This document shows positions 18,266 through 32,126 of a stretch of DNA of 64,000 nt, one piece after another. The stretch is from NCBI RefSeq assembly GCF_009914755.1, contig NC_060947.1, one strand, 5' to 3'. The position numbers and the translations under genes were made by a program. The first letter of the stretch is position 1; each line of letters opens with the position of its first letter. The notes beneath the pieces were generated by a model. The model had not been told where the DNA came from. It did not search any database and saw only the letters and a program-made list of their open reading frames with translations. This DNA is from the human T2T-CHM13v2.0 reference genome, Homo sapiens.

Positions 18266-19211
18266 TTACAACTCAATAATAAAAATTTACCTTAATTGGC
18301 TGCATTTCAAGTGCCTTTCATCTCTTTGTATTGATGTAAGTTTTTATCTGGTATCACATTCCTTCTGCCCAAAGAACTTTAACTTTTCTTGTAGTATAAT
18401 TCTAATTTTGTGTTTGTCTGACAAAGTGTGCATTTTTCCTTCATTTTTGAAAGGTGTTTTTGCTGGCTTTAGAAATTCTGTGTTGAAAGACTTTGCTTTT
18501 CTTGCAATACCTTAAAATTTTCATTTTTTTTCTGTTTTACATGGTTTCTGATGAGACGTCTGCTGTACTTCCTATCTTTCTTCCTCTGTATGCAATGTGT
18601 CTTTTTTGCCTCGAGATTTTCTCTTCGTATTTTGTTTTCAGGAGTTTTATTATTTTATGCCTGGGTAGGTGTTTGGGGTTTTTTTCTCTTTGTTTTTTAT
18701 TTTTGATATGTGTCTTTCTTGGCATTCTCAGCTTCTTGTATCTGTAGTACATGTTATTAACTCTTGAAAATTCTCAGCCATTTCTTCTTCGAATACTTCT
18801 GCCTCATTCTCTGTCAAGTTTCCCTCTGATAGTTCAATTATGTGTATGTTACACTATATGATGTTATTCCACAGCTCTGGAATGCTCTGTTATGCCTTCC
18901 TTTTCTTTTTTTCACTTTGTGCTTCAATTGTGATCATTTCTATTGACTTATCTTCAAGTTCACTGCTTCTTCCCTTGGCTATGTCGAGTCTGCTAATGAG
19001 CCAGACACATTCTTCATCTCTGTTGCTGTGCTTTTCATTTAGTTCTTTCTTATAGTTTTGATCTCTCTGTGGAATTTACTCACTTGATTATGCATGTCAT
19101 CCACCTTTTCCATTGGGGCCTTTAGCATATTACTAATGGCTATTTGAATTTCATGCCAGACAGTTCCAACATCTGTGTTATCTCTAAATCTTATTCTGCT
19201 GATTCCTTTTG

Positions 19212-19888
19212 TGTCCAGAATTGGTAGGTCCTTGGTCTCGCTGACTTCAAGAATGAAGCCATGGACCCTCTTGGAGAGTGTTACAGTTCTTAAAGATGGT
19301 GTGTCCGGAGTTTGCTCCTTCTGATGTTCGGATGTGTCCGGAGTTTCTTCCTTCTGGTGGGTTTGTGGTCTCGCTGACGTCAGGAGTGAAGCTGCAGACA
19401 TTTGCGGTGAGTGTTATAGCTCTTAAAGGTGATGCGTCCGGAGTTGTTCATTCCTCCTGGTGGGTTCATGGTTTCTGTGGCTTCAGGAGTGAAGCTGCAG
19501 ACCTTCACGGTGAGCGTTACAGCTCATAAAGGGAGCGCAGACCCAAACAGTGAGCAGTAGCAAGATTTATTGTGAAGAGCCAAAGAACAAAGCTTCCACA
19601 GTACAGAATGGGACCCAGAGCAGGTTGCTGCTGCTGGCTCTGGTGGCCTGCTTTTATTCCCTTATTTGGCCCCACCCACATCCTGCTGATTGGCCCATTT
19701 TACAGAGAGCTGATTTGTCCATTTTACAGAGTGCTGATTGGTCCGTTTTGACAGAGTGCTGATTGGTGCGTTTACAAACATTTAGCTAGACACAGAGCGC
19801 TGATTGGTGCATTTACGATCCTTTAGCTAGACAGAAAAGTTCTCCAAGTCCCCACCCGACCCAGAAGCTCAGCCAGCTTCACATCTCA
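19212..19888 (-). mobile_element. ERV9 solo LTR (LTR12, LTR12B-sized)
   Basis: Characteristic ttggtctcgctgacttcaagaatgaagcc and gtgaagctgcagacc repeats, tandem gctgattgg units; TG...CA ends. Confidence 0.92.
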
Positions 19889-20475
19889 CTTTGTCTTCTT
19901 TTTTCTTTTCTTTTATATACCTCATAATGTTTAGTTCACATTCAGACATCTTGTGTAGGAGAGTAGAGGCCAAAGTAAATAGTTTTTATGCCTGGAAATG
20001 GGCATGCCTTTCTTCTTGCTAAGCCGTGCTAAGTGTGGCGTTTTGAGTTAACCTAGTCAGGAGTTGAGCTGGGTTTGAACTCTTTTGGCTGCTTTAGTTA
20101 CCTTCAGTACACCACAGGCTTCAAATTCCTTTAGCAATATTTTGTATTTAGGCTGGATCTGGTGTGCTAGAGGGGATTTTTTCACTGTCACATCAGCTTT
20201 ACGTTTTCCTTTTAAACTCTGTCTGCCTCCACAGCCTTGCAACTCTTCTGGCAGTATTCCACCATTACTTGTTACTTGTTGGATTGTTGTGAGAGAGCGT
20301 GGGGGTGGGTTGTCTATTGTTCTAATTAAACCTCAGTTTTAAGCAGGCAGTTGTGTCCTGGGATCTTTGATGTGTGGCCTTCTTGGTGCTCCAGTCCCTC
20401 CCCTATATATATCTTAAGGCCTTGTACCCATTGCTTCCCTTCCTTCAGGAATAAAGGGTTAATTTTTTCTCTGCC

Positions 20476-20851
20476 TGTTATGGTTTGGCTGTGTCCCCGC
20501 CCAAATGTCATCTTGAATTGTGGTTGCCATAATCCCCACGTGTCGTGGGAGGGACCCGGTGGGAGGTGATTTAATCATGGGGGTGGTTACCCTCATGCTG
20601 TTCTTGTGATAGTGAGTGAGTTCTCACGAAATCTGATGGTTTTATAAGAGTCTTTTCCCCTTTTTGATCGGCACTTCTCCTTGCTGCCGCCATGTGAAGA
20701 AGTGTGTGTTTGCTTCCCCTTCTGCCATGATTGTAAGTTTCCTGAGGTCTTCCTAACCATGCTGAACTGTGAGTCAATTAAACCTCTTTCCTTCATAAAT
20801 TACCCAGTCTCGGGTATGTCTTTGTTAGCGGCATGAGAGCAGACTAATACA
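20476..20851 (+). mobile_element. THE1 (THE1D-like) solo LTR
   Basis: tgttatggtttggctgtgtcccc...cagactaataca; 5-bp TSD ctgcc. Confidence 0.93.
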
Positions 20852-21989
20852 CTGCCCTTCCCCGACTTGCAACAGATTTGCAACAATGTTCCATGGACAA
20901 CAGTGTTTGTTGCCCTTCCCAGTATGTATTAAAGCTTCTGTTCCATAGAGGATACAGAAGAGAAAAGTCTAGGCAGTGTTTCCTGCCCTTTCCACAATAG
21001 CTGCTCTTCCTCTGTCCCAGGCCTTCACTATAAAAGATGCTTTCTCAGAACTCTCAGCAAGTGGGGTCCATGAAGAAAAGCTTCCCTTATATCTGCACCT
21101 CCCAGGGGCTCCACACTCCATCACCAGTCAACACTTAGCCTCCATTGATTTTAAGTGAATTTTTTATACCAGTGTCTAACCCCTTCTGCCCCAGGTAAAC
21201 AAGTGCTCACAGCCAGTCTTTCCCTCCAGGTGCCTGTCTCTCCTTTGATTTCAGGCTACTTGGTTATCCTGCTACCTCAGCTCTCTCAAGAAAATTTCTG
21301 CATATGCAGTTTGTCTGCTTTTTAAATCGTAAGGGTGGGAATGACTCTTTTCAGCTTTCTGCATCCCTTTATGGAAATCAGAAATCCCCCAGGAAGGTGT
21401 TCAAGGCAATTTTTACTATCTTCATGGCAAAGAGTCTATTCTACCAAAGGCCATAGAGTTGCAGCTCTGAGTAAATGGCACTGTGCTGTGACATACAAAT
21501 GACTGTTCAGATAAGCCCAGTATAAAACAAAAGACAGGGGAAGACGATATTGAACATTTATATTCTTGGAAATGCTTTATAGCATTTTCTCATCTACCCC
21601 TTAAGCCTGCAAAAACTTCCCTGTGTCCCTGGGCCCTTCCATGACCAACTGCTCAATAATAAGAAGGTCAGAATTTGATTGAATTATAAATTCACATTGT
21701 GTCTGTGCATATTATTAGTCCATTGAATTCTAAGGAGTTCAGTCTGTTTCTTCTTTTAATCCTAAGGCAAGTAGAGAAGCAGCCCTTAAATAATTAATAG
21801 TAATAAGTAAACAAGAGCGGCTTGGGTGTCTTTCATCACCGTGCCTTCAAACAGTTGCAGTAATGGATCCAGCCTACACTCACTTAATCCATTCAGCAGT
21901 CAGGGCCAGACCCTCACTTTGCTTACAAGTTATTCCTTCAAAACACATGTGACCTCATGGTGGCTCCCAAACCTGGCTACACATTAGAA

Positions 21990-22110
21990 TTACTTAGCAA
22001 GCACACACCAGAGATTCCGATATAGTGCATCAAGGACAAGGCCTGGGAATCTGTGTATTTAACAAGTTCTCCAGATGATTCTAACATAGCTGTTTTGTCT
22101 TTAGAACCAA
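21990..22110. mobile_element. MER5-type hAT fragment
   Basis: gcctgggaatctgtgtatttaacaagttctccagatgattcta. Confidence 0.7.
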
Positions 22111-22367
22111 GAAACTTAGGGATGCAGCCTGGATCCTTGGTTCTTGATTTCATAGTTGGTGTGTAAACCACAGCCAGGTTACCTTTATGGAACATTAATA
22201 CCAACAGGGATTATTCCTGTTTTCTTAACCACACAGTTTAACCCCCTTATAGCCTTTTGCATCAGTCCACCCATTGCTGAGAGGAGCCCCTGGGCTTTGA
22301 TCCCAATCCAGCCAACATACTCTATCATGCAAAGCTGAGTTTTTTGGCATTTTGCAAGATCTGGGTA

Positions 22368-22847
22368 TGATAGGCAACCACCAAGATGACTCCCAAAGAT
22401 CCCTGACTCCTGATATTCACTTTTTTATTACCCTCCCATATTATACCGTGGTTCATCTATGGGACAAATAGCATATGGCAGAAGTGATGGTATTTCCCTT
22501 TCAAGATTAGGTTGGGAAAAACTGCAGCTTCTGCCTCAGGTGCCCTCTCCCAGATCACGTTCTCTAGGGGAAGTCATACTGTGAGCTGTCCTATGGAGAG
22601 ACCCACTTAACCTATGCCAACAGCCATGTGAATGAGTTTGAAAGCGAATTCTCTAGCCTATTTAGGATGACAACAGTCCCAGCAAACAACTTAACTGCAA
22701 CCTCCTGAGAGACTCTGAGCCAGAACCCTCAGCTATACCTCTCCCAAATTTCAAACCTTAAGAAATTCTGTGAGATAATAAGTGTTCATTGTTTTAACCG
22801 TGTACATTTTGGAGTAATTTGTTACGCAGCAATATATAATGAATACA
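22368..22847 (+). mobile_element. MLT1F-like MaLR LTR
   Basis: Ends ttggagtaatttgttacgcagcaatatataatgaataca. Confidence 0.8.
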
Positions 22848-23324
22848 CTGGGTCAGATCCACAGCTGTTAATGGGGAGGCAACAACTGAGGACAGAGCTC
22901 TCGTAACGCTAGGAAATGTTGCTTTTCCATCAGGCACAAATAGGCTCATTTACTCAGATCATTTCCCCAGTCCATGCTATCCTGTACATCAAGGACAGGG
23001 CAGCATAACTATGAACTTTCTCAGCACAATGGAATCAGAAGGAAGACAGGCTCATCACAGCTCAGCAACCATATGATTAAAAGCATCGCTTCCTCATTCC
23101 ACCCTTTCAAAAGCACCTGAACACCATGATGATTAACACCACAATAGCAGGCAGCCAGTGGGCAAGAGAACAATGAAATTTTGTGCTATAACAGAAAACG
23201 GGAGAGTTGTCTATACATAAGTCCTCTAGAAAGGAAACTTCCAGAATGCATGGAAGGGAAGAAATGTTGGCACTTGCAGAAAGCAGGAGAAGCAGGAAGC
23301 TTCTGGTGAGCATAAAGCAGCCAG

Positions 23325-23665
23325 AAAATGATGAGCTCATGTCCTTTGTACGGACATGGATGAAGCTGGAAACCATCATTTTCAGCAAACTATCGCAAGG
23401 ACAAAAAACCAAACACGGCATGTTCTCACTCATAGGTGGGAATTGAACAATGAGAACACATGGACACAGGAAGGGGAACATCACACACCGGGGCCTGTTG
23501 TGGGGTGGGGGGAGGGGGGAGGGATAGCATTAGGAGATATACCTAATGTTAAATGACGAGTTAATGGGTGCAGCACACCAACATGGCACATGTATACATA
23601 TGTAACAAACCTGCACGTTGTGCACATGTACCCTAAAACTTAAAGTATAATAAAAATAAAAATAG
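23325..23665 (+). mobile_element. Short 3' fragment of young primate L1 (L1PA3/4-like)
   Basis: Near-consensus ORF2 end (TWMKLETIIFSKLSQGQKTKHGMFSLIGGN), G-rich tract, gtaccctaaaacttaaagtataataa tail. Confidence 0.93.
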
Positions 23666-23984
23666 AAAAAGAGATTGACATTAAAGCAACAGGTCCTGTG
23701 TGTTAAGGGGACGCCATCGTGCTGCTTTGAGTTGTGGCAACATGACAGAATGGAATATGCTAGATCATTGTGCAGTCTCTGGAGTTTAAAGCAATGATGA
23801 TGTTTCAACTCAATTCAAGTCAAGAAGTACTAAATATGTGCCTTGAAGCCAGGTACTAACTTCAGAAGCAACATGAGATTAAAAGGTGTGATTCCTATGC
23901 TCAAAAAGCTGACATACACACTGCAGAAATGTGGGGCATCTGCATTTAAAACTGACAGGCCGTAATCCAATATAGTTTTTCTGG

Positions 23985-24482
23985 TTATCCTCTGTTTTCC
24001 CACCCTTCCCATTCACATCCCTCTCCACCTTTCCATGCTCTGATCTGCACTGTACAATAGACAATCCCTTGGGCCCCTTAGACTTCTGGCTTCCAGCTGG
24101 GATCAGCCAATGTGACATCCTGGAGGTAAATTGGAAGGTGGGAGGAAAGAGAGGTTGGAAAATGTTTTCCCTGTCCCCTCCCTGCTTTGGACCATTTTTC
24201 TTGGCAGCTGCTGCATCCTTCTGTGTCTACAACTCCTGCTAAGGGGGTCCCTCTTCCACTTTTCCAGGATTCCAGCTCAGACTGGCTCCAGGAGCACTCT
24301 TCTCTCCCTTGTCCCTTCAGACCTTGAGGTAGTAATGGTTTCCTGCTGCTGCTGGTCTCTGGGGACCTCAACATCCCTACTTCGTTGCTTTAACTTACCT
24401 GTTCTTTCATGAGTACTCCTTTCATTAAAGTCTTTTAAACCATCTGAGCTTGATTACTTCCTTCCAGGACCCTGGCTAATAC
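23985..24482 (+). mobile_element. ERVL LTR33-like
   Basis: cttctggcttccagctgggatcagccaatg...; ends ccttccaggaccctggctaata. Confidence 0.6.
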
Positions 24483-25287
24483 GGCAGACCATTCATTCAT
24501 TCATTCATTCATTCATTCTTCAACTATTTATTGAGGACCTCATATAGACCAGGAACTAGATACCGGTGATTCAGAGGTAAACACAACGTATTCTGCACCT
24601 TCCTACAATATGCATTCTAGTAAGGGAAAGAGACAATAAATGAATAAATATATCATATTTCACCCAGTGTTAGATACTAGGAAGAAAATGAAAGCAGGGT
24701 AAAAAGATTAAAAACTGATAGAGATATGAGAGGGGCTGTTTTTAGATAGGAAAATCAGGGAGTGCCTCCAAGAATGTGACATTTCATCAGAAAGGTAAAT
24801 AAAGTCAGAGAACAAGCCATATAGATATTTGGAGGGAAGATTATTTCAGGCAGGAGGAATACCAAGGCCTTAAGGTATATGGAAATACCTTAATGTAGAT
24901 CAAGTAGAGTGAGCAAGGAGGTGAATTTTGGGTAAATGACGTTTGGGAGATAGGTGGGGGCAAACCATGTGTAGCCCTACAGGCTGTGATAAGTGCTTTG
25001 AGTTTTATTCTTACTTTGATGGAAGTCCATTGAAAGATTTGAACAGTGATATCATCTGGTTTATATTGTAGAATGATTACTCTGGCTGCTCTATAGAGAA
25101 TTGGCCATAGTGGGGCAAGGGTGAATGGAAAACATTCAGTGGTTCAAGCAAGAAAGCAAGAGATGGTCGTGGCTTGAAGAACAACGGAAGTGACAAGAAG
25201 TGGTTATATTCAAGGCATACTGTATTTTGAAGGAAGGGCCAGCAAAGTTTGCAATGAACTGGGTATGAGGGTATGGACAAAATAGAG

Positions 25288-25508
25288 CAAGGATTGGCAA
25301 ACTACAGCCCACAGGCCAAATCCAGCCCACCACCTATTTTTGAAAATAAAATTTTTATGGTACACAGCCACACTCACTCTTTTACTATTGTCTATGGCTG
25401 CTTTCTTGCTACAGTAGCAGAGTTGAATAGTTGTGACGGAGACTGTATGGTCTGCAAAGTATAAAATATTAACCCTCTGGGCCTTGGCAGAAACATTTGC
25501 TGACCCCT
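25288..25508. mobile_element. MER58A (hAT-Charlie MITE) inside L2
   Basis: caaggattggcaaactacagccc...tttgctgacccct. Confidence 0.85.
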
Positions 25509-25756
25509 AAAAAGAAGTAATCAAGAATGGCTCCTATGTTTTTGGCCCAAACAGCTGTGTGAATGACAGCACTTATATTGGATAACAAGACCTGCAGGAA
25601 AGGCACCTTGTCAGGGAGAATCAAAGTTTGATTTCTGCACAAGGTACATTTCAGATAACTATTTAACACCCAACCAAAGATGTAGTGTAGGCAGTTATAA
25701 GTTGAGTCTGGCATTTAGGGAAGAAGTCAGCGCTGGAAATAGAAATGTGGGAGTCA

Positions 25757-25890
25757 AGCCAGGCACAGTGGCATGCTTGTAGTTCCAATTACTTGGGAGG
25801 CTGAGGTGGGAGAATCACTAGAGCCCGGGAGTTCAAGTCTAGCCTGGGCACATAGCAAGTCCCCATCTCTAAAAAAAAATAAAATAAAAA
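25757..25890 (+). mobile_element. FLAM (Alu monomer)
   Basis: Monomer with A tail; TSD gtgggagtca/gtaggagtca. Confidence 0.85.
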
Positions 25891-25936
25891 GGTAGGAGTC
25901 ATCAGCACATTGGAGAAATATGTAATGACTTAAGAG

Positions 25937-26715
25937 CAGAGGTCCCAAAATGTTCTTGATTTACAGCACCCTTAGTGTCTCAGTAATTTTTTCACAGAAT
26001 CCCATGCCGAAAGAAATACCTATCAAATCTGTTTACTAAGCAGTTAAGTCTATGCCACTTAGTAAGTATTTATGTCCTGTTAACCTAGTAGCCATTTTAA
26101 AAAGTAATACACATAAATTGAAAGACAAAATAATATTTTTATTTCATTCTTATATAACCACAACTACTTGCTAACTGGATGCATGCCCCTGTTGGGCACT
26201 GCACAACTTCTCAAACCTTGGAGTCAGATTAAATACTGCCACCCTCACTTCCAGTTTCACGTTTATTTTTGTGTGGTGTTTTCTTTTCATCACAGCAACC
26301 CCTAAAGACCCAGCTTCACAAAGGTATAATCTTATTAAATGAAATATAGAACAAAGATCAAGAACAGTGCTCACACCTGTAATCTGGGCACTTTGGGAAG
26401 CTGAGGCAGGAGGATCACTTGAGCTCCAGAGTTCAATACCAGCCTGGGCAACATGGTGAGACCCTGTCTCTAAAAAAATTTAAAAATTAGCCGGGCATGG
26501 TGACACACGCCTATAGTCCCAGCTACTCAGGGGGCTGAGGAGGGAAGATCGCTTGAGCCCAGTAGTTCAAGGCTGCAATGAGCTATGATGGCACCACTGC
26601 ACCCCAGCTTCAGTGATAGAGCAAGACCCTGCCTCAAAAAAAAAAAAAAAAAAAGCAATGTGGCACAATCTAAGGTTGGAACTATGAACTGTGAACTGCC
26701 TCAAGCTAGTTGTTT
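25937..26715 (-). mobile_element. hAT-Charlie (Charlie4a-like) fragment with transposase C-terminus
   Basis: ORF 26171..26374 ends NVKLEVRVAVFNLTPRFEKLCSAQQGHASS, resembling Charlie/Buster C-termini; terminal cagaggtcccaaa. Confidence 0.7.
26366..26654 (+). mobile_element. AluJ
   Basis: Diverged Alu dimer with poly-A tail. Confidence 0.9.
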
Positions 26716-27505
26716 CCAACTTGCAGTTGGAAAAGTTGGGATAGGCTGGTTTTCATGCCTCTTTCTCAGGATCATTAGTGCAATCTCATTTTGGCAGCTG
26801 AGAGAATAGTTCTTTCAAGAGGTATCTTTATAAATCTTGACGGTTGTCTGTTAGCTGCGTAATGTCAGCTAAGGCTCAGGGGAGCGGGAGATAGAAAAGG
26901 AAAATAAATGAAAAAGAGAAGAGAGAAAAAACAAGGATCCAAAGATCTAAGCAAGGAAAATTGGAATTTACTATAATTCTTTTGTAGTCCCTCCTCTTGG
27001 CCAAGATAAATAACTTTCAGCTCCACCAAATCTTTTGGGAGAAAAAAACCTACAAGGATGTACAATATTCAAGAATTGAGTCAAAAAGGCTTCCATACTG
27101 AATTGGAGGAGCAGTTTGGTTTTTGGACTTCTGTCCTTAATCATACTTTGGACCATTTATTTGGACAGGACAGTGCTCTTTGCCTTGATTAGACATGATT
27201 AGATGTACTTGAGAAGGGATATTCCTATCAGCAGAAAAAAAAAATGATCAGTATGCCTTGGGGAAAAGTGCATACCAAGGATTGCATCCCTGATGGAATA
27301 CCCAGCAGCGGAAGAGACCATTTCCCAGCCACACAGCGATGATTCATAGGTCCAGAGGTCAGGAACATGTCATTCACTCAATGAACATCTTTGTTGGCTT
27401 CACAGATGTGTTACTTCAACAAAAAGACATGAGAAAAGTTTAGGGTGATGTATGTGCAGCAATCATTATTGACAGCTGGAGAAGTGCATCACTTAAATGC
27501 CAGGA

Positions 27506-28202
<697 letters not shown>

Positions 28203-28653
28203 CAGGATGATGCCTAATGCCACTTGCTGGTGGAATGGAGTTCCTGCATTCCTTGAGCAAGTGTTTCAATACATTTGAAACACCTTGTGAAGGCATGGAT
28301 GACTTCACAAATGACAGCATGGAAAACTCAAGCATTGCATCAAAATCTCCAGTAGACCACAGGGTTGCTCCTTCAGGAAGGACTGCAGCATAAAACCTGA
28401 CCCGGGTGGTGCGGAATCCATCTGGATTGATTCCACGTATTTTAGCTCCTTCACACAGTTTCTTTTCATCCCTTATTGAGAATGGATATTTTGCAGAGAG
28501 CAGTTTCCAAAGAGAGCAGAGGGGTGCCCACACTTAAACATTGATTGCTCTGGTTCAAGAGGAGTTTGACTCCTATCCTAAAGAGATGATAAATTCAGAT
28601 AGGTGAGATGACATATCCTTGTCCAATTGGCTGGCAAAAACCAGTGATTGGTA

Positions 28654-28654
<1 letters not shown>

Positions 28655-28695
<41 letters not shown>
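28655..28695. repeat. (CA)~20 microsatellite
   Basis: Pure acacac run. Confidence 0.95.
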
Positions 28696-28699
<4 letters not shown>

Positions 28700-29930
28700 A
28701 ATATTAATCCCATGGGGGCTTCAGGGTAAAAAACAGTCGTACTTTTATCATTTAGCTCTCCTGGGTGAAGCTGGCTCAATGACATTCATCCCCTTAAACT
28801 GGGCCTGGTAGGTTTTATTACAATAGCTCAGGTCCATAAATTAAGGATTAGAAACAAATGTTTCCTTTGGAGAAAAATAGGCTCCCTCTTTTCCTCTTTT
28901 GGGGGAATATACTACGTAAGGTATGCTAATCTTGGAGCTTTGTTGGAGATCTAGGTTGCGTGGGACCTTGGCTCAAATGACAGTGGAAATGATGGACAGA
29001 TATATCTTGGGGTAGGGAACAGATATTTGTACTAAAGCAATGGAACTGATGGGAAAAGGAAGAGAAAGTAGCAGAATCAACAATCATAGATGACAATGGC
29101 TTCATAAGTATAAGTCTGAGCCAGAAAATACCAAAAATTTTGGATATTGAGGGAGGAAGAGGGGAGAAAAGAAGAAGGGAAAGGAAAAATAGGGAGAAGT
29201 AGAAATAGCAGAGTAAGGATGGGAAGCATTACTATGATCGATACTTGGAGGTAATTCTACAGAAATACATTCAGAAATTAAAAGGTGGAGAGTAAGAAAC
29301 AAGGCTAGTATGAAAAGAGAGATAATAAAATTGATATGGAGTCTTGTTCTGTCATCTTCTTGGGGAAAGCTATCTCCTTTGTGTTGTCATCTGCTTCAGA
29401 AGAGTTTCAAGAAAGTCTGTTTTAAGTCTTCTGTTAAGGAAGAAGGTTGAACTGAGAATTATTACTGTGAAGTGTGTTGAATGTGCAGGTACAGAGGCCA
29501 GGGAAACATGGTTACACTATGTGCTCTTAAGTCTTGCATAAAGTCATTAGGATTTTTTTCCAGTAGGACAGGAATACTGCAAGGACTGGTACAAGGAATG
29601 AGTAAATCTGCAACAGTGGGTTGTAGTTTCTCTGGGTGCTTTGGGCTTTAGGAGATACTGAAACAATTCAGGAAGAGGCATTGTGGGATCTCATAAGGCT
29701 TCTATATCCTTTTTCTCACATTTGTAGATGATACAACCCAGAGGATACTGGGGACTGAGGAAAGTAAATAAGAAAATTGAGGCGATTCTAAGGGTAAGAC
29801 AGTTGGAAACACAAGAGTGCCGAGCAGTCAAGGGAAGCCATCATAAGATGTATTTGGTCATCCTAGTCAAGGAGATCAAGAAAAAGTCCTTCACATGTGT
29901 GACCATCTAATAGTGGCACTTTATTTAGCC

Positions 29931-30560
29931 TGTCTACCTAAAATAACTGAAAGGATCAGAAACCAGTTTTAAAGAGGTTATTCAACGGGAAAGCTGGAAA
30001 TGGCCATTCAGGAGACAGAGGCTCCGGAGAAATGGGGTCAGTGCTCCAAAGTTAAAAGTTAGGTTCTTGCTTATATATGCAGAACACAAAGAAATTAAAC
30101 AGGGTTACAAGTTTTCTATACAAGGCTGGTTTAAGAGTTACAACAAATTAGTTAGTTAGTTACAGTCTGTTTTCTTTTTCCTATGGCTTGTTTTCTTTTC
30201 TTTACAGCTGGTTTTCATTTCCTTTCCAATTTAAAAGAGCATATTTAACATTCCATCTTAAGACAATGTGATAGCCATTAAATCTTTGTGTGAGAAAGGT
30301 AAGAGGGAGGTTAATCTACAACGAAGACCAACAGTACAGAGGGAAGGGGGTCTTCTCTGGTGCCCTTTGGTCATTTACAACATTTTACAAAACAATGCAG
30401 GTGAAGAAGAAGGTTTAATCTATAATCACAGAAACAAAATGTACAGCTGCCCTGGTTACAGCTGGCTGTCACATGACTCAGGCTCCATAATCACATTCCT
30501 TTAAGGCTCAAAATAATTTAGAGTTCCAACAGTTTATATTTTGAATTACTTATTTTCTCA
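29931..30560 (-). mobile_element. ERV1 solo LTR (LTR24/LTR36-like) inserted in the old provirus
   Basis: Minus strand starts tgagaaaataagtaattcaaaat...; TG...CA ends; near-TSD agcc/accc. Confidence 0.65.
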
Positions 30561-30649
30561 ACCCAAAAGGTCCCAACCTAATAGGTTGAGGGGAAGGAAG
30601 AGAATGAAAGGACTAAAAAGAATGACACATTGAGAAGTTAGGGTCCCAA

Positions 30650-31800
30650 GAGGACAGACAGGAAACTGTGTTGTATCTGTGGTAGGCCCTTTTTTCCCTT
30701 AAGCTGTTTAAGCTACAATGCCATAAGTTTGCGGTGTGAGGTTTTCTCTTTATTTATCATTTTATCCCCAAAATGCTGGGGTAAGTGTTGTAATTCATGT
30801 ATAGGCATGATCTGCAAGCCTATTTTATGCTTCTGAGCAGCAGCTTACATTTCAGGCTTAAGGCCATTAACCAAATAAAGGTGGATATCACAGGTCCGAG
30901 TGGTTTTAATCAGTCACTAATATTAGAGACAGATTTATCATGCCCTTATTGACAGGACTGGATGATTCCCCAGTCCATGTAAAGGAGAAAAACTTCAGAA
31001 ACGGTCTTTTTAAAATGTTCTCTTATTTCTAGGCCTTTTACATATACAGAGAGGGTGTTATTTCTATAAGGTTAGTTTGATCCTTATTTATAGAGGCCAG
31101 TTGGCCTTGTCAAACCAGGTTCAGGGATCTCCTGGTTCTATTGAAAGATGTGTTGAAAGATACAGATAAAGGAGCTCAGGAGCATAAGCCCCCAAAATAG
31201 CTCAATACATTTATTTCTTTTTGAGGATTTGGGAAATCTTTAATATGGCATAAAGGTCAGCTCACAACCAGGGTTTGAAGGTCACTTGTGATTGAGGTAT
31301 TGGATTGGGGTCAGGAACTGCTTGGGAAGGAGCTGATGAAGGCCTGCATCTAAAAATGAGAGGGAGATGGGGAAGGGTAGGAAGAGGAGGAGAAGGGCAC
31401 AGAAAGGAGGGCAAGGAGCAGGAAAGCAGGGCAGCAAGAAGGGACTGGGATTATAAGAGGCAGAAACAGAGCTAGACCAAAAGGAGGAGGTCTTTGTGGG
31501 GAGAAAGTTGAAGTTGTTTTGGAGAGACCATAGATTAGAGTCTGCCTGAATTGTTTCTTTACTTGGCTTCTTCTTACCAATTAAATAAAGCTACCTATTG
31601 TAAGTTAGCTATTTTATCTTCTTTTATTCCAAGGCACTTTGCAAATATACAAGTTTTGACTTGTTGCAAGATTCCAATATTGCCTTTCCTGAAGTCCCAC
31701 AACTTAGAAATTTAATAGTTAGGACCACATTGGCAGAACATGTGCCCAGTGGGAGTCCATTGAAGGAGAAAGTTGGGTAGATTGTTTCCCAATAAAGGAA
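30650..31800 (-). pseudogene. Decayed retroviral gag
   Basis: Proline-rich stretch ~31360-31490; VTFKPWL*ADLYA / KDFPNPQKE at ~31215-31285; DKANWP ~31095-31115; VNGLKPEM*AAAQKHKIG ~30815-30870. Confidence 0.7.
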
Positions 31801-32107
31801 GTACTAGATAGAAGAAGGGAGAAGGGCCTTGTCCTACCTTAGGACCATCATCTAATCATCCACTTGCCCAGAGAATCCCAAAAAGACAAAAGGAAAATAG
31901 ATGCAGTGACCTATCAGACAATAAGTTAATCCTTTCAAAGAATGGAAGCCTGAAACCTCTGTGTTACAAGAAAAAAACCTGAGCACAGAATCAGGAACAT
32001 TATTTACCTCTCAACCCAACAGTAGTCCCCAAGAAAGGAGGAAGCAAAGATCCCTCAATGCAGTCTCTCCTCCTCTGAAACTGCAGTGGGATCCAGGGTT
32101 CATCCAG

Positions 32108-32126
32108 ATCCTAAGTCACAGCATTA
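32108..32126 (-). promoter_or_regulatory. Degenerate tRNA-His primer binding site
   Basis: Minus strand taatgctgtgacttaggat 3 nt after the LTR end ...ttgaca; His PBS consensus is TGGTGCCGTGACTCGGAT. Confidence 0.65.

Larger units (their letters stand above)
18290..21390 (-). mobile_element. Old L1M 5' region (5' UTR plus ORF1), interrupted by LTR12 and THE1
   Basis: Minus ORF 18537..18752 is L1 ORF1-like (PRHKIIKLLKTKYEEKI...YRGRKIGSTADVSSETM). Confidence 0.75.
24490..25920 (-). mobile_element. L2 3' region
   Basis: (CATT)n end followed by caactatttattgag..., typical reverse L2. Confidence 0.8.

Noticed and set aside
29344-29541. Plus-strand ORF with ETWLHY resembling an integrase C-terminal TWIH motif
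   Set aside because: Wrong strand relative to the provirus and no other integrase motifs; likely chance.
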